A DNA stretch of 64,000 nucleotides from Fervidicoccaceae archaeon (GTDB lineage Archaea > Thermoproteota > Thermoprotei_A > Sulfolobales > Fervidicoccaceae): NCBI GenBank assembly GCA_038734945.1, contig JAVYOA010000009.1, positions 1 through 64,000 on the forward strand, in the 5' to 3' direction. The position numbers and the translations under genes are program-made. Numbering within the stretch: the stretch's first letter is position 1; every line of letters begins with the position of its first letter. Positions 9,559 to 20,155 of this stretch are shown piece by piece. Under the pieces are notes generated by a model, which was not told the origin of the DNA, made no database searches, and saw only the letters and a program-made list of their open reading frames with translations.

Positions 9559-10710
9559 CTAGGGATAGATCTGTCCTGGCTCGATAATGGAGCCTGGCCT
9601 CAGGGCAGTACCTCCATTAACTATAGCACCTTCTCCAACTATAGCCCCCCTCTTTCTATAAGCTTCTCCCTTCTTTCTGGCCTCATGTACATCAAAGTTG
9701 AGCGTCACAACGAGAGGTCTGAGAGTAGCTCTTTCTCCGATGACACTGTCGGTCACGTTTGAATGAGATCCTATAGTTGCCCTCATTCCTATGTAGCTCC
9801 TCTTTACTTCAGCTCCCGAGCCAATGATAGCATAGGGCTCAACAGAAACACCTGCTCTAAGCAACGTATGTGCTCCCACAAATGCCCCCCTAGATATGTA
9901 GGCTGGTCCCTTTATTATTGAGTAATGGTCAATGACGGCATCATCCTCAATTATGACGGGACCTTCCAATATGGCAGTAGGGCTTACCTTTGCGCTCGAG
10001 CTTATATGCATGCCGACAGTCTCCGTGAGAAGCGATTTCACTATCTCGAGAAGCTGCCATGGAGATGAAATCGGGCTGTACTTTCCAGAATATATATAGA
10101 AGGATGGGTTCTCCTCATTGAGCATCTTCAATAGAACCTCATTCAAATTCCTGGAATTTTCCAACCTACTGACTATGCTGTCCCGCTCAGCAAACATAAC
10201 TCCTGTGAATAAATATGGAGATCCTATATCTCCCATCAGAGCAGCCCGCTTCACATATTTTCCTATGAACTCAACCTCAACACCTATCTTTCCTGCTAGC
10301 TCTTCATGTGGAATTTGGCTTGGGACAAGAACAGCTAGGCTCTTCCCTCCAGCTTCATTCCACGCTGCTAGAGCGCTTTGTAGAAAGTCCGAAGAGAACA
10401 TGTGGCTTCCGGCTATAAATGCTATATCGTTTTCCTTCGCCCTCGAAATAGCCTGCTGGGCGCATAGGATCTCGCTTCCTTCCTCACATTCAATCAGCGT
10501 TGTTCTTTCCCCTACTGCAGCCCTTACCTCCTGTGAAATATATGGATAAGCAACTATGAAGTCAGTGAAACCAGAATCCAGAACGCTCTGCGTCATCCAT
10601 ACAGCAACTGGCTTGCCAAGGATCGATATGTTTGAGACAGATCTATCTCTTTTTGTCAGAGGATATAGGTTCTCAAAACTCGTATGGCTTACATACACTA
10701 CTGAGACCAT
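9559..10710 (-). CDS. GlmU-like sugar nucleotidyltransferase-fold protein with hexapeptide (LbH) domain; N-domain degenerate
   Basis: LYPLT...ILGKP start, PWQLL, then hexapeptide repeats. Lacks the GxGTR signature. Downstream of glmS. Confidence 0.65.
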   Translation of the reverse strand: MVSVVYVSHTSFENLYPLTKRDRSVSNISILGKPVAVWMTQSVLDSGFTDFIVAYPYISQEVRAAVGERTTLIECEEGSEILCAQQAISRAKENDIAFIAGSHMFSSDFLQSALAAWNEAGGKSLAVLVPSQIPHEELAGKIGVEVEFIGKYVKRAALMGDIGSPYLFTGVMFAERDSIVSRLENSRNLNEVLLKMLNEENPSFYIYSGKYSPISSPWQLLEIVKSLLTETVGMHISSSAKVSPTAILEGPVIIEDDAVIDHYSIIKGPAYISRGAFVGAHTLLRAGVSVEPYAIIGSGAEVKRSYIGMRATIGSHSNVTDSVIGERATLRPLVVTLNFDVHEARKKGEAYRKRGAIVGEGAIVNGGTALRPGSIIEPGQIYP

Positions 10711-10716
10711 CTCACA

Positions 10717-12558
10717 TCACTCCACTGTGACTGTTTTTGCTAGATTTCTTGGTCTGTCTGGATCATGCCCTCTCCTTACAGCGGTATAGTATGCGAGGAG
10801 CTGAAATGGGGGAGTGAGGGCATAGGGCTCGAGCAGGTATTCTGCCTCCGGAACAGCTAAAACCATCTTTGCGCCCAGCCTCTCGCTTATCCTTCTGAAG
10901 GAAATAGCTACTGTAAACGCCCCTCTCGCATTCATTTCTGCTATGTTGCTCGCGATATCCTCATGTGAGTCAGAGGTAACAATGAAGAAGACAGGAAAAC
11001 CAGCTTCAACCAGGGCTATTGGACCATGCTTGGACTCACCGGCAGGATATGCTTCAGCGTGAATATAGGATATTTCTTTCAGCTTGAGTGCAGCCTCGTA
11101 TGCCAGGGGAACTCCAAGCCCTCTGCCAAGAAAATAGAGACTCTGAACTGATGCTATTCTTTCAGCCATCATCTTGGCTGGACCCTCCGTTAAGCTTATT
11201 GCATCACCTGCCACTTTTCCAGCAGAGCCCATGAGTTTCAAAAGATCTTCCTCCTCTTTGGTAGTGATTTTTCCTACCTTTGCTGCCAGCTTTATTGAGA
11301 GGAGGGATGCAACTAGAGCCTGGGTAAGAAAGGTCTTCGTGGCAGCCACTCCTATTTCAGGGCCAGCTCTCATAGGTATTGTGAAGTCAGACTCTCTTCC
11401 AATAGTGCTTCCCATAACGTTAGTTATTGACACTGCTATAGCTCCTCTCTCCTTGAAGGTCCTCATCGCCTTCATCGTATCTATGGTTTCTCCGCTCTGG
11501 CTGACAGCTATTATTATGTCCCCCTTTCTAGCCAAGCTTCCCACGGTTTTATATTCAGATGCTATGAACGGATATACTATTTTTCCAGTCAGCATTTCAA
11601 CATAAAGCTTAAGAAGGAGGGAAGCATGGAAGCTCGTACCGGCAGCAGTAACGAATATCCTCTCTCCCTTGGCCAGTACATCAGCCGCTCTATCGAGTAT
11701 GTCATCGCTCATGAGCCCATCGTATGTGCTTTTTAGAACCTGAGGCTGCTCATGTATCTCTTTTATCATGAAGTGAGGATATCCCCCCTTTCTAACCATC
11801 TCCGACTTCCACTCAACGAGGAGCAATCTCCTACTAACATCTACCTTTTCTCCATTCAGGCTCTCAATGTGAACTTCTTCGGGAGATATCCAACCTAGTT
11901 CTCCGTCAGAGAGGGGAATGAATGCATTAGTGTACTCCAGCATGGCTGGTATGTCACTTGCCAGGAAATTCATTTCCTTGGCAACACCAACAATCAATGG
12001 GCTCTCCTTTCTTGCAAAGAATATTTTTTTTGGCTCTTTCCTATAAATAACAGCAATCGCATAGCTTCCTTCCAGCATGGATACCGCTTTTCTGAAAGCT
12101 TTGAAGAAATCATCATTATTCTTAGAGAGCTCCTCGATGAGATGGGCAACTACCTCTGTGTCGGTCTCGCTTCTGAAGATGTGCCCCCTTGCATGGAGCA
12201 TCTTTTTCAGCTCGAGAAAGTTCTTTATAATGCCATTGTGCACTATAGCAATTTCCTCCCTGCAGTCAACCTGTGGGTGGGCATTAATTTGTGTTGGAGA
12301 GCCATGGGTTGCCCACCTGGTGTGGCCTATTCCAACAAATCCTGGCGTATCAGTAAAGTTGTATCTCCTAGCAACCTGGTCAAGCATGCCATCGCTCTTC
12401 TTGACAATTATTTTGTCCCTGTTGCTATCTATCATTGCAATCCCAACACTATCGTATCCTCTGTACTCGAGGGACTTTAGACTTCTCGTGATCATTTCAG
12501 CAACCTTAACCCTGTCTCCTAATAGTGAACTAGCGGCAACTCCTATTATTCCACACAA
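10717..12558 (-). CDS. glmS: Glutamine-fructose-6-phosphate aminotransferase
   Basis: MCGII, EYRGYDS, GHTRWATHG, SQSGET, KHGP, PRNLAKTVTVE. Confidence 0.97.
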   Translation of the reverse strand: MCGIIGVAASSLLGDRVKVAEMITRSLKSLEYRGYDSVGIAMIDSNRDKIIVKKSDGMLDQVARRYNFTDTPGFVGIGHTRWATHGSPTQINAHPQVDCREEIAIVHNGIIKNFLELKKMLHARGHIFRSETDTEVVAHLIEELSKNNDDFFKAFRKAVSMLEGSYAIAVIYRKEPKKIFFARKESPLIVGVAKEMNFLASDIPAMLEYTNAFIPLSDGELGWISPEEVHIESLNGEKVDVSRRLLLVEWKSEMVRKGGYPHFMIKEIHEQPQVLKSTYDGLMSDDILDRAADVLAKGERIFVTAAGTSFHASLLLKLYVEMLTGKIVYPFIASEYKTVGSLARKGDIIIAVSQSGETIDTMKAMRTFKERGAIAVSITNVMGSTIGRESDFTIPMRAGPEIGVAATKTFLTQALVASLLSIKLAAKVGKITTKEEEDLLKLMGSAGKVAGDAISLTEGPAKMMAERIASVQSLYFLGRGLGVPLAYEAALKLKEISYIHAEAYPAGESKHGPIALVEAGFPVFFIVTSDSHEDIASNIAEMNARGAFTVAISFRRISERLGAKMVLAVPEAEYLLEPYALTPPFQLLAYYTAVRRGHDPDRPRNLAKTVTVE

Positions 12559-12615
12559 GCTGGGATACCTCTACTTACTCATGATACTGGTGCATTGAAC
12601 TGATGCTTTATATCC

Positions 12616-13302
12616 TTAGCGAATAAATTTGAGCGGAAATGGAAAGCTTTCATCTCTATATGCTTCATCCCAAAATAGATATTCATAAATGGAGCTAAGT
12701 CTAAATGCTTCCTCAATCTCTCTCCACTTTTTCTGATCAACATTTTCCAGCACTTCATCAGCTATCCTGAGGATCCTGTTCACAATTTTCTCATAAGTTC
12801 CTGTGGAGTAAGTTTCTATCCATTTCCTGTACATCTCTTTTGGGGAACCTCTTGCCTCCAGCTGCCTTCCCACCTCCAAGTATATCCAGTAGCACGGAAG
12901 CACGGCACTGAGGCCTACAGGAAAGTCCCTCGAGAGTACTGAAGAAAGGAGATGATTGACGTAAGCTACATTGACTGGATTCGGAGAAGCTCTCTCTATT
13001 TCCTCCCTCGATATCCCCCAGACAGCAAAGAAGCTCTCATGCAGGCTCTTTTCAACTTCATATACTCCCAGAGCATCCTCTATGAGGATCCTCTGCCATT
13101 CCTCCGCCGGAGCTCTAAGAGCAAGGGCCGAAAGAGCCTTTGCGAACCCCCTCAAGTAAATCGTATCCTGAACCACATATACTTTGAAAAGCCTCTCATT
13201 GAGCGAGCCATCAGTGAGCCCTTTCAAGAATGGATGAGCAATTATTGCCTCAAATACATCAGCTATACTTTTCCAGAGCCTCTGCGTTGGCCTCTCGGCC
13301 AA
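12616..13302 (-). CDS. tenA: Thiaminase II / TenA
   Basis: HPF, QD..YL, catalytic Cys in LPCYWIY, WIETY, EYLFWD. Confidence 0.88.
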   Translation of the reverse strand: MAERPTQRLWKSIADVFEAIIAHPFLKGLTDGSLNERLFKVYVVQDTIYLRGFAKALSALALRAPAEEWQRILIEDALGVYEVEKSLHESFFAVWGISREEIERASPNPVNVAYVNHLLSSVLSRDFPVGLSAVLPCYWIYLEVGRQLEARGSPKEMYRKWIETYSTGTYEKIVNRILRIADEVLENVDQKKWREIEEAFRLSSIYEYLFWDEAYRDESFPFPLKFIR

Positions 13303-13402
13303 ACTTGAACACCATGGTTTTTTTGTTTTTAAAAAATATAAGGTTACTTTTCACGTTTCTTCTTGAAATTCAAAGAGAGTTTCAGGAAAAAGGGAATTTG
13401 GC

Positions 13403-14266
13403 TTGAGGGGATCTCAGAAGTATCTAGTCATCTACGTTGCAGTGAGCATACCGCTCAACTTCATCGCCAAAGATCTTCTGTTACTGTTTAATCCCTTCTT
13501 TCTCACGGCAATCCGCTCGCTTGTTATGATGCTTGTTCTAATATTTCTCAGAATGAGCTTCCCCAGAATCGAAAGATATCATGTTCTCATGGCAGCACTC
13601 ATCTATATCAGCACCATACTTTGGCTCGAGAGTCTCATTATCTTAACACCAGGGGACTCCATAGTTCTAGGTTACTCTATGCCCGTAATAGCAGTATTTC
13701 TCGGCTGGGTGCTACTTGGTGAGAGGGAAAAGCTTTGGCCAGCTATTATATCATTTCTTGGCTTCATCATATATGCTTATCCTATTTCCACTCGAGGAAG
13801 CATTGAGGGGGCAGTCATCTCTCTCTCAAATGCCTTTTTCTGGGCACTTTACAGTGTTCTCTACAGAAAGAGCAGGAACGATGATCCCCTGGAGACAAAT
13901 GCAGCAATATTCACTGTTCTCACACTGATGTCCATTCCTACAGCCCTTCTTGAGAGAGTTCCCCTTGAAGCCCTTCTGAGCCCTCGTTATATCATCGATC
14001 TTTTCTGGCTCTCCATAGCAGGAGGTGCGTTTCAATTCATTTCCTGGAACAAGCTTCTGCTTATAGATGGGGTTGAGAAAGCAACAGTTGAGAGCTATCT
14101 CGTTCCGATAGGAGTTCTCCTGACTCAATTCCTCATTTTCAAAATTTCTCCATATATTATCCAAATTGCTGGCCTCGGACTGGCCCTTTTTGGAATAATC
14201 ATATCAGCAAAAGTGAAGAACAATAGTCAGACTTCCACAAGGAAAGCTCTTCAAGTTGAAGTTTGA
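13403..14266 (+). CDS. EamA/DMT family transporter
   Basis: About 10 TM segments in two repeats, LLGER motif. Confidence 0.75.
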   Translation: MRGSQKYLVIYVAVSIPLNFIAKDLLLLFNPFFLTAIRSLVMMLVLIFLRMSFPRIERYHVLMAALIYISTILWLESLIILTPGDSIVLGYSMPVIAVFLGWVLLGEREKLWPAIISFLGFIIYAYPISTRGSIEGAVISLSNAFFWALYSVLYRKSRNDDPLETNAAIFTVLTLMSIPTALLERVPLEALLSPRYIIDLFWLSIAGGAFQFISWNKLLLIDGVEKATVESYLVPIGVLLTQFLIFKISPYIIQIAGLGLALFGIIISAKVKNNSQTSTRKALQVEV

Positions 14267-14314
14267 TCAAAGAGGAAGCATCAGGGGAGGTTCACTCGAT
14301 CATCCGATCTCCAT

Positions 14315-15535
14315 TTACGCTCTCATCATCTGCTCCTCGCTCAGCAATCTAGCTATGTGCTCAGCTATTTCTTCCTTCCTGAGAGGCAGCTGCACCCCCG
14401 TCCTCCTTATTCTTAGAACAGCTGAGCTGGTATCTTCTTCCTTCTTTCCAATCACAATAATGAGAGGAGTCCACAGCATCCCCCACTCTCTCAGCTTTTC
14501 TCCCAGCCTCTTCTGCGAGAGATCAATGAAAACTCTAGCGAGACCTGCTTTTCTCAGCTCCTGTGCTATTTCTCTAGCGTAGTTCTCGGAAGCATCGCCT
14601 ATTCTCAGCACAGTTGCCTGATACGGGGAAAACTCAATAGGTAGGGATGGAGGATCCTCCAATCCTTCTTCCAGAGCTATCAGTCTGTCGGCTATAAGGG
14701 AAACTATAAAACTATTCAATAGCATGTATTTTTCTTGTTCGGTTTGGATTCCAACCGGAATGGATATTTCCTCTCCATATTCTGCGATTATAATCCCTCC
14801 ACTCTCCTCAAGCTTGAGCTTTCTGAAGTCTCTCCTACAGGGGCTTCCATGAGAGTGTAGGAAAAAATCAACTAAGGACTCTCCTCCGGGCAATATTGAC
14901 AGTTTTATGTTCCCTCCCCCCTCGCAATGCTTGGCTGCCTCATCTAATGAGGAGGCCGTGCACATGAAATGAGAGGGAGTGACCCTCTCCATGATAATCT
15001 GAGACCAAGGCTCTCTGAACTTTGCGAACTCCCTGGAAATATCGAGGCCGAATCTCCGGAAATAATCATTTACAAGCTTCTCGTGGATCTTCCTAGAAAG
15101 CCTGAGGGCCTCTTTTCCTCTCTTTCTTTCAAAGCTCCTTGAAAGCTCAGCCAGAGGATGACCGTAAGCTTCTATGAGGAACTCCTTGTACCATCCGAAG
15201 GGAGCTCTCATAACCGAGCTGGCACATCTTTGAGTACGCTCAAACAGCTCCTTCAGCAATTGGATAGATCTATTTGGAGACTCCAAATTGCTTGATAAAT
15301 GTGCATAGGGATAAATGACTATTGTTGAGGCTTTTACTCTAGAGGCATGACTGCAGATCTCTCTCGCGACTTCTTCTACTTCCGCTTCTCCATCTCCTCT
15401 CTCTATTGTTGTGAAAACAACTAGAGCGTTCTCAGCTGAGGCCCCTTCTCCAAACCCTTCATCCTCAGCATTGTCCAACGCCTTCTCTCTTATCTTGTAG
15501 CTGAACCTCTTAGCATGAATCTGGAGAGTTCTCAT
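14315..15535 (-). CDS. Threonyl-tRNA synthetase editing subunit (Ser-tRNA(Thr) hydrolase, crenarchaeal ThrRS-ed)
   Basis: Archaeal editing domain (LQIH, YPYAHLSS, RAPFGWYK, GHPLAELSR) plus C-terminal anticodon-binding domain. No class II catalytic core. Confidence 0.85.
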   Translation of the reverse strand: MRTLQIHAKRFSYKIREKALDNAEDEGFGEGASAENALVVFTTIERGDGEAEVEEVAREICSHASRVKASTIVIYPYAHLSSNLESPNRSIQLLKELFERTQRCASSVMRAPFGWYKEFLIEAYGHPLAELSRSFERKRGKEALRLSRKIHEKLVNDYFRRFGLDISREFAKFREPWSQIIMERVTPSHFMCTASSLDEAAKHCEGGGNIKLSILPGGESLVDFFLHSHGSPCRRDFRKLKLEESGGIIIAEYGEEISIPVGIQTEQEKYMLLNSFIVSLIADRLIALEEGLEDPPSLPIEFSPYQATVLRIGDASENYAREIAQELRKAGLARVFIDLSQKRLGEKLREWGMLWTPLIIVIGKKEEDTSSAVLRIRRTGVQLPLRKEEIAEHIARLLSEEQMMRA

Positions 15536-15548
15536 TTGGAGATCACTG

Positions 15549-15971
15549 CTATATAGATAGGAAGCTTCTCTTTTCTCCAGTCTGCTGAGGCTGAAGTGTG
15601 GGAAGAGGAGGAGGTACTTGAAGCTCTCTCGATATCAATATGAGTGATGACATAATGTGAGGGAATATGAGAGAAGATACAACAGCTATTCTCTCCTCCT
15701 GCTTCCTCTTTTCGAAAAACTCAACCCTCTCCTCCTGATTCTGTGTCTGGATTCTAGCCTTTCCTCCTAGGTTAATTGTTATTGCCATAGGATCCGAATT
15801 CAGGCTAACCTTGAACTCATATAGTCCAGTGCCCGAGGAGGGATCTTCGCTTATTCTCGTAACGCTCATCTGGGTATTGTATCTGAAAATTTGCGGAAGA
15901 GCCTCCGATATCTTTTCTCCACTAATTCTTTCAACTATAATCTGTATCATTGGCAACACTACCACCTTCAT
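15549..15971 (-). CDS. Hypothetical protein (possible SecB-like alpha/beta architecture)
   Basis: 140-aa ORF co-oriented in the operon. Beta strands then a helix and a LxVPPPLP tail. Confidence 0.55.
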   Translation of the reverse strand: MKVVVLPMIQIIVERISGEKISEALPQIFRYNTQMSVTRISEDPSSGTGLYEFKVSLNSDPMAITINLGGKARIQTQNQEERVEFFEKRKQEERIAVVSSLIFPHIMSSLILISRELQVPPPLPTLQPQQTGEKRSFLSI

Positions 15972-16158
15972 TTCCTATTACGAGGGAAGCAACTTGTGAA
16001 GCTCTTTCCCTTGCATCTTCAACATCTTTTCCAGATACATTAATTATTATCCCTGTTCTCAATTCTCTGAACTTGAATCTTCTGGATCCATTTATTTCAT
16101 ACTCCTCAATCAATGTTAGCTCAAATGTTCCTGGGCTCATAATCAACGCCCTCATCAT
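15931..16158 (-). CDS. Small hypothetical protein
   Basis: Co-oriented ORF between HIT and the next gene with protein-like composition (FRELRTGIIINVSG). Start may be later. Confidence 0.55.
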   Translation of the reverse strand: MMRALIMSPGTFELTLIEEYEINGSRRFKFRELRTGIIINVSGKDVEDARERASQVASLVIGNEGGSVANDTDYS

Positions 16159-16214
16159 AATATTCAGCGATCGAAGACAAAATCATCGCCAAGTTTTATT
16201 TGATATACTGGTAA

Positions 16215-16724
16215 TTAAGGAGTTTTGACCTTATCGAATGCTTCTTTTAATTTTTTGTATGAGGATTCCAGAGAATCCGATATAACTCTCGTCTCGCCAA
16301 TGACGCTCAAGAAATTCGTATCTCCGATCCATCTTGGAACTACATGTATGTGAAGGTGTCCCTCAACCCCAGCTCCAGCTGCCCTTCCAAGATTTATCCC
16401 CATGTTTATTCCATCTGGCCTATATGAGCTTTTCAGTACTTTGGTAGATAAGGCAACAAGGTCCATTAGCTCCTTTCTCTCCTCTTCATCTAGCTCCTCT
16501 GGAGTTGATACATGTCGATATGGCACTATCATGAAGTGCCCTGAGGTGTAGGGGAATCTATTTAGAACAACAAAAACCCTTTTTCCTCTATAGACTATCA
16601 GGTTTTCGCTATCGCTCTTTCCATTTCTGAGCATCTCACAAAACACACATTCTTTCCTCTCCTCTTGAGGAGAGGAAAAGGAAGCTACGTATCTAGATCT
16701 CCAGGGAGCCCAGAGTATTTTCAA
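16215..16724 (-). CDS. HIT-family nucleotide hydrolase (FHIT/Ap4A phosphorylase-like)
   Basis: LWAPWR, CVFC, LNRFPY, HLHIHVVPRW triad. Confidence 0.9.
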   Translation of the reverse strand: MKILWAPWRSRYVASFSSPQEERKECVFCEMLRNGKSDSENLIVYRGKRVFVVLNRFPYTSGHFMIVPYRHVSTPEELDEEERKELMDLVALSTKVLKSSYRPDGINMGINLGRAAGAGVEGHLHIHVVPRWIGDTNFLSVIGETRVISDSLESSYKKLKEAFDKVKTP

Positions 16725-16739
16725 GCCTCTATCTGCCCC

Positions 16740-18263
16740 CTACTCCTCAGCATCCTTTATTCCGTTCTCGGTTATAGCAAATACTGCTTCTCCCTCTGGA
16801 AGGTGAGGGGCATCGACAACCCTCGCAATTCTCTTGTTCCCTCTGCTCTTTCTAAGCTGAACTCTCACCCCTGGTGCATGGTATAAGACATGACCTCCGA
16901 CTGCCTGGGTAGGATCTCCATAGAATACATCCGGCCTGGCCATCACTTGATTTGTTATAACAACAGCTATGTTATAGACTTCGGCCATTCTCATGAGCTG
17001 ATGAAGATGCCTGTTCAGCTTCTGCTGTCTGGAGGCTAGGTTCTCCCTTCCAGGATATTCAGCTCTGAAGTGACCTGTAACTGAATCCACAACCACGAGC
17101 TTCACGCCTCTCTCTGGGATTATTTCAGAAACCTCCTCTACAACTGCCATTTGATGATCGCTGTTAACAGCCCTTACATAAAGTATATTCTCCATAACTT
17201 CATCTGGATTAAGACCCAAATTCCTTGCCATGGCCTCTATTCTCTCCCACCTAAAAGTGCCCTCGCTGTCTATGTAAACAGCTTTTCCGTTCAGTCCACC
17301 CCTTTCTTGCGGAAGCTGAACGTTGACTGATAGCTGGTGACTTATCTGAGTATTGTGCAGGATTAAACCAGTTGAAGATATGAAATAGTGAAGCCTGGGC
17401 ACAACAACATCATATACATAGCCATTGTACTTTTCTATTTTGGAGTTCTTAACTTCAAGAGTTTCTGTGCTAGCTTTTCTTGAATCCATTCTCCTAATTG
17501 CTATTGTTCTATCACCTGGTCTGATTTCTGAGCTCCTCCTCCATTCCAGCCCATTTCTTCCCAGCAGAAGGAATGGATGATTCAGGGTCGTTCCGAGCTC
17601 GGTGCCATCGGATAGCTTTATCCTGACTATCTTGCCAACCCTCTGTCTGTAGATAAAGGGAACCGGCATTTTCACCAGTTCTCTGAAGAAAATGCTTGGT
17701 ACTTCAGCTCTGTTTAGTTCCACGGAGGTTCCTCCGTCTATTTTTTTCTCCTTTCCCTCACTCAGAGCCATATCGTATATCTCTGAAACAGAAATCGCTG
17801 GAATGAATTTTTTATTTATGTAGATTGCTATCTCTGTATCTGGAGTGAAGCACTTCCCTGTGCCAAACTCTCCAAAGAACTCGGTAACCGTCCTTGTCTC
17901 AACTCCTCCTCCCAGAAGATCGTCGAGAGCTCTGCTTCCGGTCGTGATTTTTCCTACCGTCTGCCTCTCCTTCTTCAGCTCTAGAGCAGTTTTGAACTTT
18001 ATGTCTAGAGCCTCCCTAGCTGCTTTTATGGCCTTCTGTGCCGTCACCAGAGGAATGCCGACTGCAGCACTTATCTCCTGGGGAGTTGCAACAGCAATTG
18101 CTTCAAGGGAAGCATAGCCAGCCTCAACGAGTTTCGCTGCTGTTGCAGGGCCAACTCCTGGAAGATCAGTTAGGCTCTTTATTTTTCTCTCTTCAGCTGT
18201 GGTGCCATTTTCTAAATCCTCCCCTCTTTCCTCCTTCTGAGCTTTAGGAGTCAATTTTCCCAA
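16740..18263 (-). CDS. radA: DNA repair recombinase RadA, intein-containing
   Basis: HhH LPGVG, GEFGTGK|TQ Walker A interrupted by an intein, [19 protein letters not shown]. Confidence 0.96.
   Translation of the reverse strand: MGKLTPKAQKEERGEDLENGTTAEERKIKSLTDLPGVGPATAAKLVEAGYASLEAIAVATPQEISAAVGIPLVTAQKAIKAAREALDIKFKTALELKKERQTVGKITTGSRALDDLLGGGVETRTVTEFFGEFGTGKCFTPDTEIAIYINKKFIPAISVSEIYDMALSEGKEKKIDGGTSVELNRAEVPSIFFRELVKMPVPFIYRQRVGKIVRIKLSDGTELGTTLNHPFLLLGRNGLEWRRSSEIRPGDRTIAIRRMDSRKASTETLEVKNSKIEKYNGYVYDVVVPRLHYFISSTGLILHNTQISHQLSVNVQLPQERGGLNGKAVYIDSEGTFRWERIEAMARNLGLNPDEVMENILYVRAVNSDHQMAVVEEVSEIIPERGVKLVVVDSVTGHFRAEYPGRENLASRQQKLNRHLHQLMRMAEVYNIAVVITNQVMARPDVFYGDPTQAVGGHVLYHAPGVRVQLRKSRGNKRIARVVDAPHLPEGEAVFAITENGIKDAEE
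17352..17852 (-). mobile_element. RadA mini-intein (167 aa, no homing endonuclease)
   Basis: Starts with Cys (CFTPDT), block B TLNHPF, block F VYDVVV, ends LHN followed by extein Thr. Too short for a LAGLIDADG domain. Confidence 0.93.
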
Positions 18264-18378
18264 CCTTTTCCCTCTTCCCTCTTTTTAATACCTATACTTC
18301 ATTGTTTAAATAAGTAGTTATCCGAAAATATTGTTTTCCTTGGACATGCAAGAATAGAAAAGGAGAAACACACTGCAT

Positions 18379-19572
18379 CTAAAAAGCCAGAGAGACTTGC
18401 GGCATCTCCAAGGCCGTCTCCTTTTTCCTGTTCTTTATCTTCTCCACTGCTCTTATGAAGTCAGACATAGTGACTACATCTCTTCCATCTCTAATGGCAT
18501 AATATCCAGCTTCAACACATGTAGCCTTTATCTCAGCACCAACGAAACCCTCAGAAATTTCAGCCAGCCTTTCGAGATCTACGTCCTTCCCTATATTCAT
18601 TTTCCTCGTGTGAACCGAGAATATTTCTAGTCTTCCTCTCTTATCTGGAAGCGGCACTTCAATTATCCTGTCGAACCTTCCAGGTCTCAGAATGGCTGGA
18701 TCCAATATATCTATCCTGTTAGTTGCCGCAATTATCTTGACGTTTCCGAGCGGGTCAAAACCATCCATCTCAGCAAGCAGCTGCATCATCGTTCTCTGAA
18801 CCTCTCTTTCTCCACTCGTTCCCATATCTATTCTCTTAGCTGCTATGGCGTCCAGCTCATCTATGAATATTATAGAAGGAGCCTTTCTCTTTGCAAGCTC
18901 AAATACCTCCCTAACTATTCTCGCCCCTTCGCCAATGAATTTTTGAACGAACTCGCTCCCAACAACCCTAATAAATGTTGCCTTTGTCTCATGGGCAACC
19001 GCCTTTGCTAGCAGTGTCTTTCCAGTGCCTGGTGGACCGTAGAGCAGCACTCCTTTTGGAGGCTCTATTCCTACCTTTCTGAATAGATCTGGCTTTAGGA
19101 GAGGGAGCTCAATTGTTTCCTTGATCTCCTCAATTTGCTTCGACAGACCTCCTATGTCTGAGTACGAAACTTCCGGCCTTTCCAGAACTTCCATCGCTTT
19201 AACATACGGATCTTCTCTATTGGGAAGAACCTCAACAATGCTGGATCCTCTTTGATTTATGGCTACTATGACTCCAGGATATAGCCTATCCTTCTGTATG
19301 TTTCCCCCAATGGTTACAATTAAATTTGGTCCCGAGGAGCTCTTAACAACAGCCCTCCCATCTGGCAGGATATCTAATACTACCCCCTCGATTAGTGGAG
19401 GAGCGAGTAGCTTCTCCATCTCCTCCTTATAGTATTTTACCTCTCGCTTTAAAACAAGCTTTTCTTCCTCGAGCTCCTTTATCTTTTTCTCCAGATACTT
19501 AACATATTCTGTTAAGCTGTCACTTTCTATTCCCGTGAAATCACCATCGCTCTCCATATTAACCCCTTTCAT
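18379..19572 (-). CDS. pan: Proteasome-activating nucleotidase
   Basis: N-terminal coiled coil, OB domain, [22 protein letters not shown]. Confidence 0.95.
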   Translation of the reverse strand: MKGVNMESDGDFTGIESDSLTEYVKYLEKKIKELEEEKLVLKREVKYYKEEMEKLLAPPLIEGVVLDILPDGRAVVKSSSGPNLIVTIGGNIQKDRLYPGVIVAINQRGSSIVEVLPNREDPYVKAMEVLERPEVSYSDIGGLSKQIEEIKETIELPLLKPDLFRKVGIEPPKGVLLYGPPGTGKTLLAKAVAHETKATFIRVVGSEFVQKFIGEGARIVREVFELAKRKAPSIIFIDELDAIAAKRIDMGTSGEREVQRTMMQLLAEMDGFDPLGNVKIIAATNRIDILDPAILRPGRFDRIIEVPLPDKRGRLEIFSVHTRKMNIGKDVDLERLAEISEGFVGAEIKATCVEAGYYAIRDGRDVVTMSDFIRAVEKIKNRKKETALEMPQVSLAF

Positions 19573-19642
19573 AATATTTTATAACAACTACACTAATTTA
19601 TTCTATTGTATCAGTTTAAATGGAATAGGGTGCTTTATTAGT

Positions 19643-20155
19643 ATGCCAGAAGTGCTTTATTGCGAGCTTTGCGGCTCTCCCATAGTTGGGAAGTCATATA
19701 AAGTGAGTGTAGAGGGAGTTAGCCTCACAGTATGTGAGAAGTGCTACAGAAAGCAGAGCGCTAAAGCTAAGGAGAAGGCAATGCCTGTTGAGAATAGGGC
19801 TCAGCATGCTTTGAAGGAAACCAGCTCAAGAAATGTCAAACAAAAGGCAAAGAAGGAGATAGAGCTTGAGGTGGTCGATGACTATTCTACAAGGATAAAG
19901 GAGGCAAGAGAAAGAATGGGTCTCTCTCTGCTTGTTCTCTCCCAAAAAGTGATGGAGAAGGAAACAGTTCTCAAGAGAGTAGAGCAAGGTAGGTTGAGGC
20001 CATCCATAGATTTAGCAAGAAGGCTGGAGAAGGCTCTGGGAATTAAGCTTTTAGAGCCGGTAGTCGATGAAGGCAGCAGCAAGATGTCTGCCGAGATAGA
20101 AGATGAAACTGAGGTAACCTTGGGAGACATTGTGAATATTCGTAAGAAGGGGTGA
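19643..20155 (+). CDS. mbf1: Archaeal multiprotein bridging factor (Zn ribbon + HTH)
   Basis: CELCG...VCEKC, IKEARE HTH, TLGDIV tail. Start set at ATG 19643. Confidence 0.9.
   Translation: MPEVLYCELCGSPIVGKSYKVSVEGVSLTVCEKCYRKQSAKAKEKAMPVENRAQHALKETSSRNVKQKAKKEIELEVVDDYSTRIKEARERMGLSLLVLSQKVMEKETVLKRVEQGRLRPSIDLARRLEKALGIKLLEPVVDEGSSKMSAEIEDETEVTLGDIVNIRKKG

Noticed and set aside
17352..17852. Homing endonuclease in the RadA intein
   Set aside because: Only 167 aa, with no LAGLIDADG or HNH motif.
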